Source of the DNA: an uncultured Prevotellaceae bacterium | GTDB taxonomy: Bacteria > Bacteroidota > Bacteroidia > Bacteroidales > Bacteroidaceae | DNA length: 64,000 nt | Assembly (NCBI GenBank): GCA_902775605.1 | Contig: CACYNE010000008.1 | Location: 466 to 64,465 of the forward strand | Direction of reading: 5' to 3' | The notes under the pieces: model-generated | The model's input: only the letters and a program-made list of their open reading frames with translations | What the model was told of the DNA's origin: nothing | Databases searched by the model: none | In this document: positions 59,525-64,000 of the stretch, in pieces | Layout of the letters: each line of letters begins with the position of its first letter | Numbering within the stretch: position 1 is the stretch's first letter | Position numbers and translations under genes: made by a program

Positions 59525-60394
59525 ATGAAAAAGTTTTTCTCTGTGGCTCTTGTAGCCGCTGCCGTTGCAACGATGATGTCGTGTGGCAACAACCCCAAAC
59601 CCAGTTTGAAGACCGATGTTGATACTCTGAGCTATGCCATCGGTATGTCTCAGTCACAGGGCCTGATGGACTATCTGTCCAACGCAAAGGGCGTTGACAC
59701 TACCTATATTGCAGAGTTCCTGCAGGGTGTGAACGATGGTGCCAACTCTGCCGATGACAAGAAGAAGGCTGCTTATCTCGCTGGTGTCGAGATTGGTCAG
59801 CAGATTGCCAACAACATGATGAAGGGTCTGAACTATAACCTCTTTGGTGAAGATTCTACTCAGACCGTTTCTCTGAACAACCTCTTGGCTGGTTTCGTGA
59901 GTGGTGTAACTGGCAAGAATAGTAAGATGACCGTGGCTGAGGCTGACTCAACTGCTGAGGTGCTGTTTCAGCGCATCAAGGCAAAGAGCCAGGAGAAGCA
60001 GTTTGGCGCAAACAAGGCTGAGGGCGAGAAGTTCTTGGCTGACAACGCTAAGAAAGAGGGTGTGAAGACTCTGCCCTGCGGCGTGCAGTATAAGGTTCTG
60101 AAGGAAGGCAACGGCGCTATGCCTGCTGATACCTCTATCGTTGTTGTGAACTACGAGGGCAAGCTGGTTGACGGTACTGTGTTCGACTCTAACAAGAACC
60201 ACGGTGGTGAGCCTGCTACTTTCCGTGTAGGTCAGGTCATCAAGGGTTGGCAGGAAGCTCTGAAGGCTATGCCTGTAGGCTCTGAGTGGGAGATCTATAT
60301 TCCCCAGGAATTGGCATACGGTGCCAACCAGCAGGGAAAGATTCCTCCTTTCTCAACTCTGATTTTCAAGGTGGAACTCGTAGAGGTTAAGTAA
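59525..60394 (+). CDS. FKBP-type PPIase lipoprotein
   Basis: Lipobox MMSC; NYEGKL, VIKGWQEAL, LIFKVEL. Confidence 0.92.
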   Translation: MKKFFSVALVAAAVATMMSCGNNPKPSLKTDVDTLSYAIGMSQSQGLMDYLSNAKGVDTTYIAEFLQGVNDGANSADDKKKAAYLAGVEIGQQIANNMMKGLNYNLFGEDSTQTVSLNNLLAGFVSGVTGKNSKMTVAEADSTAEVLFQRIKAKSQEKQFGANKAEGEKFLADNAKKEGVKTLPCGVQYKVLKEGNGAMPADTSIVVVNYEGKLVDGTVFDSNKNHGGEPATFRVGQVIKGWQEALKAMPVGSEWEIYIPQELAYGANQQGKIPPFSTLIFKVELVEVK

Positions 60395-60401
60395 TTCCGA
60401 T

Positions 60402-61295
60402 ATGAAGAAAATCATCCTTATAGCACTCGCCGTCATGGCGAGTGCTTCTTTTAGCACCATCGAGGCTGCTAAAAAGAAGAAGAACGACAAGAAAGAGGTC
60501 AAAGAGGTGAAGGCTCCCGTAGCGCTGACCACCAGTAGTGACTCTCTGAGCTATGCCTCTGGTATTGCTGCAACCAATGGCCTGCTGCCTTATGTTCAGC
60601 AGCAGTTGGGCGTTGACACGGCTTATATGGCTGAATTTATTCAGGGCTTCAACGAGGCTGTGGCTGGCTTGAACGACAAGCGTCAGAAGGCTCGCCTGGC
60701 AGGTATGCAGATTGCCGAGCAGGTGACCGACCGCATGCTGAAGAATCTGAAGAACGACCTGACAGATGCCATTGACTCGATTGACACACCTCTGTTCTAT
60801 CGTGGTTTCACGGATATCCTGGTCAACGACACCACCGTGCTTAACATGGCTAATGCCACCAAGATTCAGCAGGAAAAACTGCAGGTTAACAGAAAGGCAA
60901 AGGCAGAGAAGCTGACTAAGGCTGGTCGCGAATTTCTGGCAGCTAACGCTAAGAAGCCTGGTATCATCACCACACCCAGCGGCCTGCAGTATGAGGTGCT
61001 GACTCAGGGTACTGGCGACGTGCCCCAAAAGACGGATAAGGTGAAGGTGCACTACGAGGGTAAGTTGATTGACGGTACTGTGTTTGACAGCAGCATTCAG
61101 CGTGGTGAGCCCGCCGTGTTTGGCCTGAATCAGGTTATCAAGGGTTGGACCGAGGGTCTGTCTCTGATGCCCGTAGGTTCTAAATGGCGCCTCTACGTTC
61201 CCCAGGAGTTGGGCTATGGTGAGCGCCAGGCAGGAAAGATTCCTCCCTATTCGACTCTTATCTTTGATGTCGAATTGTTAGGCATCGAGAAATAA
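60402..61295 (+). CDS. FKBP-type PPIase, exported
   Basis: Signal peptide; HYEGKL, VIKGWTEGL, LIFDVEL. Confidence 0.92.
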   Translation: MKKIILIALAVMASASFSTIEAAKKKKNDKKEVKEVKAPVALTTSSDSLSYASGIAATNGLLPYVQQQLGVDTAYMAEFIQGFNEAVAGLNDKRQKARLAGMQIAEQVTDRMLKNLKNDLTDAIDSIDTPLFYRGFTDILVNDTTVLNMANATKIQQEKLQVNRKAKAEKLTKAGREFLAANAKKPGIITTPSGLQYEVLTQGTGDVPQKTDKVKVHYEGKLIDGTVFDSSIQRGEPAVFGLNQVIKGWTEGLSLMPVGSKWRLYVPQELGYGERQAGKIPPYSTLIFDVELLGIEK

Positions 61296-61379
61296 TAAAC
61301 AACTTTTTTGCTAAAAAGTTTGCAAAATTCAATAAAAAGGTGTACTTTTGCTATCAAAATGCAAAAGTACACTTTTTAA

Positions 61380-61850
61380 ATGGAGAAAATTGATAACTTA
61401 GACAAGAAAATACTGAGCATCTTGTCAAAAAACGCACGAATTCCTTTTAAGGACGTCGCCGCTGATTGTGGCGTGTCGCGTGCAGCCATTCATCAGCGTG
61501 TGCAGCGTCTCATCGACAGCGATGTGATTACTGGCAGTGGATTTGATGTGAATCCCAAGTCACTGGGTTACAGCACCTGCACCTATGTGGGTATCAACCT
61601 CGAGCGCGGATCGATGTATAAGGACGTGGTGAAGCGCCTGGATTTGATTCCAGAGGTGGTGGAGTGTCACTTCACAACAGGCCCCTACACCATGATGGTG
61701 AAGCTCTATGCTCGCGACAACGAGCAACTGATGCACCTTATCAACGAGCAGTTGCAGGGCATTCCCGGCGTGGTGGCTACCGAGACGCTCATCTCACTGG
61801 AGCAGAGTATCAAGCGTGAGATTCCCGTACACTTTGAAGAGTTAGACTAA
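61380..61850 (+). CDS. Lrp/AsnC-family transcriptional regulator
   Basis: IDNLDKKIL..NARIPF HTH; EVVECHFTTGPY. Confidence 0.92.
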   Translation: MEKIDNLDKKILSILSKNARIPFKDVAADCGVSRAAIHQRVQRLIDSDVITGSGFDVNPKSLGYSTCTYVGINLERGSMYKDVVKRLDLIPEVVECHFTTGPYTMMVKLYARDNEQLMHLINEQLQGIPGVVATETLISLEQSIKREIPVHFEELD

Positions 61851-63674
61851 ATGAAACAGTTTGATCTGAACGCCATCATGGCCGACATGCATCAGACTTT
61901 TCCTGTGGCACAGCGTCGGCCTGTCATAGGCATCACCGGTAATTATGCGGACTTGACGTGTAAACTGGGTGATGGCTATTATAAACAAGTGGTAAAGGCC
62001 GGAGGCGTGCCATTCATTATTCCCCCCGTGGCCGATGAGGCTGTCCTGCAGAACGCTTTGGACAGGATTGATGCCCTGCTTCTCAGTGGTGGTGCCGACA
62101 TCAATCCGCTTTATCAAGGCGAGGAACCTCTGCCTCAATTAGGAGGTATTAACAGCGAGCGTGACCTGCCAGAACTGCTGTTGGCACGCTTGGCCTACAA
62201 TCGTCAGTTGCCCATGCTGGGCATCTGTCGTGGCATCCAGACACTGGTCATGGCCTTAGACGGCAAAGTGGCTCAGCACATCAGTACCAGTATCAAGCAC
62301 TCGCAGGATGCCGACCGCTCAGAACCCACACACAGCATCTCCATTTCAGAAGACTCTACCTTATATAATATATATAATAGTAGTAATCAAACCTCAACCC
62401 TCAAATCTCCAACCTCAAACCTCCTCGTGAACTCTTTCCATCATCAGGCGGTAGGTGAGCCTGGTGTGCATTTCCGTACGGTGGCTACGGCTCCCGATGG
62501 TGTCATCGAGGCGATAGAGAGTACGGAGTTTAAGCCCATATTGGGTGTGCAATGGCATCCGGAGTGTATGGGCGAGAGTGGCCTGCCTATCTTCCAGTGG
62601 CTAGTGAACGAGGCGGAAAAGTTTCAGAAGGTGAAGCACTTGCATCATTGCATCCTGACACTTGACACCCACTGCGACACGCCGATGTTCTTCCCGCAGA
62701 ACGTAGATTTTGGCAGTCGCGATCCTCGCATCTTGGTAGATTTGCACAAGATGACGGAAGGACGCCTCGATGCAACGATTATGGTGGCTTATCTGCCTCA
62801 GGATAGGTGGAAAGTGGCGCTCGGCCGAAGGACGCTTGCTACCGAAGGGACGCAAGAAGATGGACGGTGGAAAGAGGATAGTGAGGGCTTTACTCCCAGA
62901 GCCTTTGCGGATGACATCTTTGACAAGATTATGCAAATGGTGTCGCGCAACAGCCAGTATCTGGCTTTGGCCCGTACGCCTGAGGAGCTATGGGACAATA
63001 AGCATGCTGGTAAGAAGAGCATCATGCTGGGCATCGAGAATGGTATTGCCCTCAATGGTCTGTTGCAGAATGTCCAGTACTTCAAGGATCGTGGCGTGGT
63101 GTATATCACGTTGTGTCATAATGGTGATAATGAGCTGTGCGATTCTGCCAAAGGCAATCAAACGCATGGCGGCGTGAGTGAATTTGGCGCACAGGTCATC
63201 GCAGAGATGAATCGCTTGGGCGTAATGGTCGATCTGAGTCATGCTCACGAAAAGAGCTTCTACGACGCGCTTGAGCTGTCGAAGACGCCTATTGTGTGCA
63301 GCCACAGTTCTGCCCGTGCACTGTGTGACCATCCTCGCAATTTGACTGACGAGCAGATGCGGGCGTTGGCCCAGAAAGGTGGCGTGGCACAGACAACACT
63401 CTATCATGGTTTCCTGAAAAAGGACGGTGAAGCCACTATCCTTGATGCAATGGCACACTTAGAGCATGCCATCGACGTGATGGGTATTGACCATGTGGGA
63501 CTGGGAACGGACTTTGATGGTGATGGCGGCGTCCGCGGATTGGCTAATGCCAGCGAATTGACTAACTTCACTCGCCAGCTGTTGGCGCGTCGCTTCAATG
63601 AACAGGACATCCAGAAGATATGGGGAGGAAACTTCCTGCGGGTCATGAAGCAGGTGCAACAGGCTGCTGAATAA
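61851..63674 (+). CDS. Fusion of C26 gamma-glutamyl hydrolase and M19 membrane dipeptidase
   Basis: LGICRG, VNSFHHQ, GVQWHPE; DTHCD, VDLSH, SHS, GTDFDG. Confidence 0.88.
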   Translation: MKQFDLNAIMADMHQTFPVAQRRPVIGITGNYADLTCKLGDGYYKQVVKAGGVPFIIPPVADEAVLQNALDRIDALLLSGGADINPLYQGEEPLPQLGGINSERDLPELLLARLAYNRQLPMLGICRGIQTLVMALDGKVAQHISTSIKHSQDADRSEPTHSISISEDSTLYNIYNSSNQTSTLKSPTSNLLVNSFHHQAVGEPGVHFRTVATAPDGVIEAIESTEFKPILGVQWHPECMGESGLPIFQWLVNEAEKFQKVKHLHHCILTLDTHCDTPMFFPQNVDFGSRDPRILVDLHKMTEGRLDATIMVAYLPQDRWKVALGRRTLATEGTQEDGRWKEDSEGFTPRAFADDIFDKIMQMVSRNSQYLALARTPEELWDNKHAGKKSIMLGIENGIALNGLLQNVQYFKDRGVVYITLCHNGDNELCDSAKGNQTHGGVSEFGAQVIAEMNRLGVMVDLSHAHEKSFYDALELSKTPIVCSHSSARALCDHPRNLTDEQMRALAQKGGVAQTTLYHGFLKKDGEATILDAMAHLEHAIDVMGIDHVGLGTDFDGDGGVRGLANASELTNFTRQLLARRFNEQDIQKIWGGNFLRVMKQVQQAAE

Positions 63675-63710
63675 GAACTTTCAAATTACTAAATAACATA
63701 AAACTAATTA

Positions 63711-64000
63711 ATGATGGCAAATCTTTTTTCGTTAGAGGGCAAAGTGGCCCTTGTTACAGGCGCTGCCTATGGTATTGGCTTTGCTATTGCTGAGGCTCTG
63801 GCAAATGCTGGTGCTGAGATTGCCTTTAACTGTCGTGGTGAGGAACATCTGGAGAAGGCTTTGGCCGACTATCGTGCCAAGGGTATTCATGCTCATGGCT
63901 ATCTGTGTGATGTGACCAACGAGGAGGAGGTAGTGAAGATGGTGGCTGATATTCGTCGTGAACTGGGTCATATTGATATCCTTGTTAATAATGCGGGCAT
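63711..64000 (+). CDS. Gluconate 5-dehydrogenase-like SDR (runs off the window end)
   Basis: Manual translation MMANLFSLEGKVALVTGAAYGIG..CDVT..IDILVNNAG. Confidence 0.85.
   Translation, partial: MMANLFSLEGKVALVTGAAYGIGFAIAEALANAGAEIAFNCRGEEHLEKALADYRAKGIHAHGYLCDVTNEEEVVKMVADIRRELGHIDILVNNAG

Noticed and set aside
58884-61850. Three tandem FKBP genes next to Lrp/AsnC
   Set aside because: Looks like an ordinary Bacteroidales core arrangement

Overview
Bacteroidetes DNA, most likely Prevotella-like, judged from TAnnTTTG -7 promoter boxes, T9SS C-terminal sorting tails and acidic lipoprotein export signals. The flanks are ordinary: RluA, two SF1 helicases, porin, symporter, murQ, tRNA-Gln, glycoside hydrolases, an S9 peptidase, a TonB receptor/M16 operon, three FKBPs, AsnC and gluconate 5-dehydrogenase. 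Between about 21.5 and 40.7 kb lies an all minus-strand island. It holds 11 short genes with a conserved acidic double-glycine leader (two subtypes that largely alternate) and unrelated cores, plus two leader relics. It also holds a membrane-anchored sensor-AraC regulator, a small single-TM protein, four exported peptidases (2x M13, S8, S41), two paralogous BspA-like LRR proteins and a lipoprotein with a leukocidin-like beta-hairpin plus LRRs. Three promoters in the island share a tandem TGTCCCA..GGAAA repeat with 21-bp period at identical spacing from the -7 box, which suggests one self-activating regulon. One precursor has a G10 tract at its GG site that could switch the core reading frame. 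No C39/ABC exporter or RiPP-modifying enzyme is in the window. Several core genes carry small in-frame palindromic or 7/9-mer repeat inserts. All family assignments come from motif recognition by eye, not from database searches.
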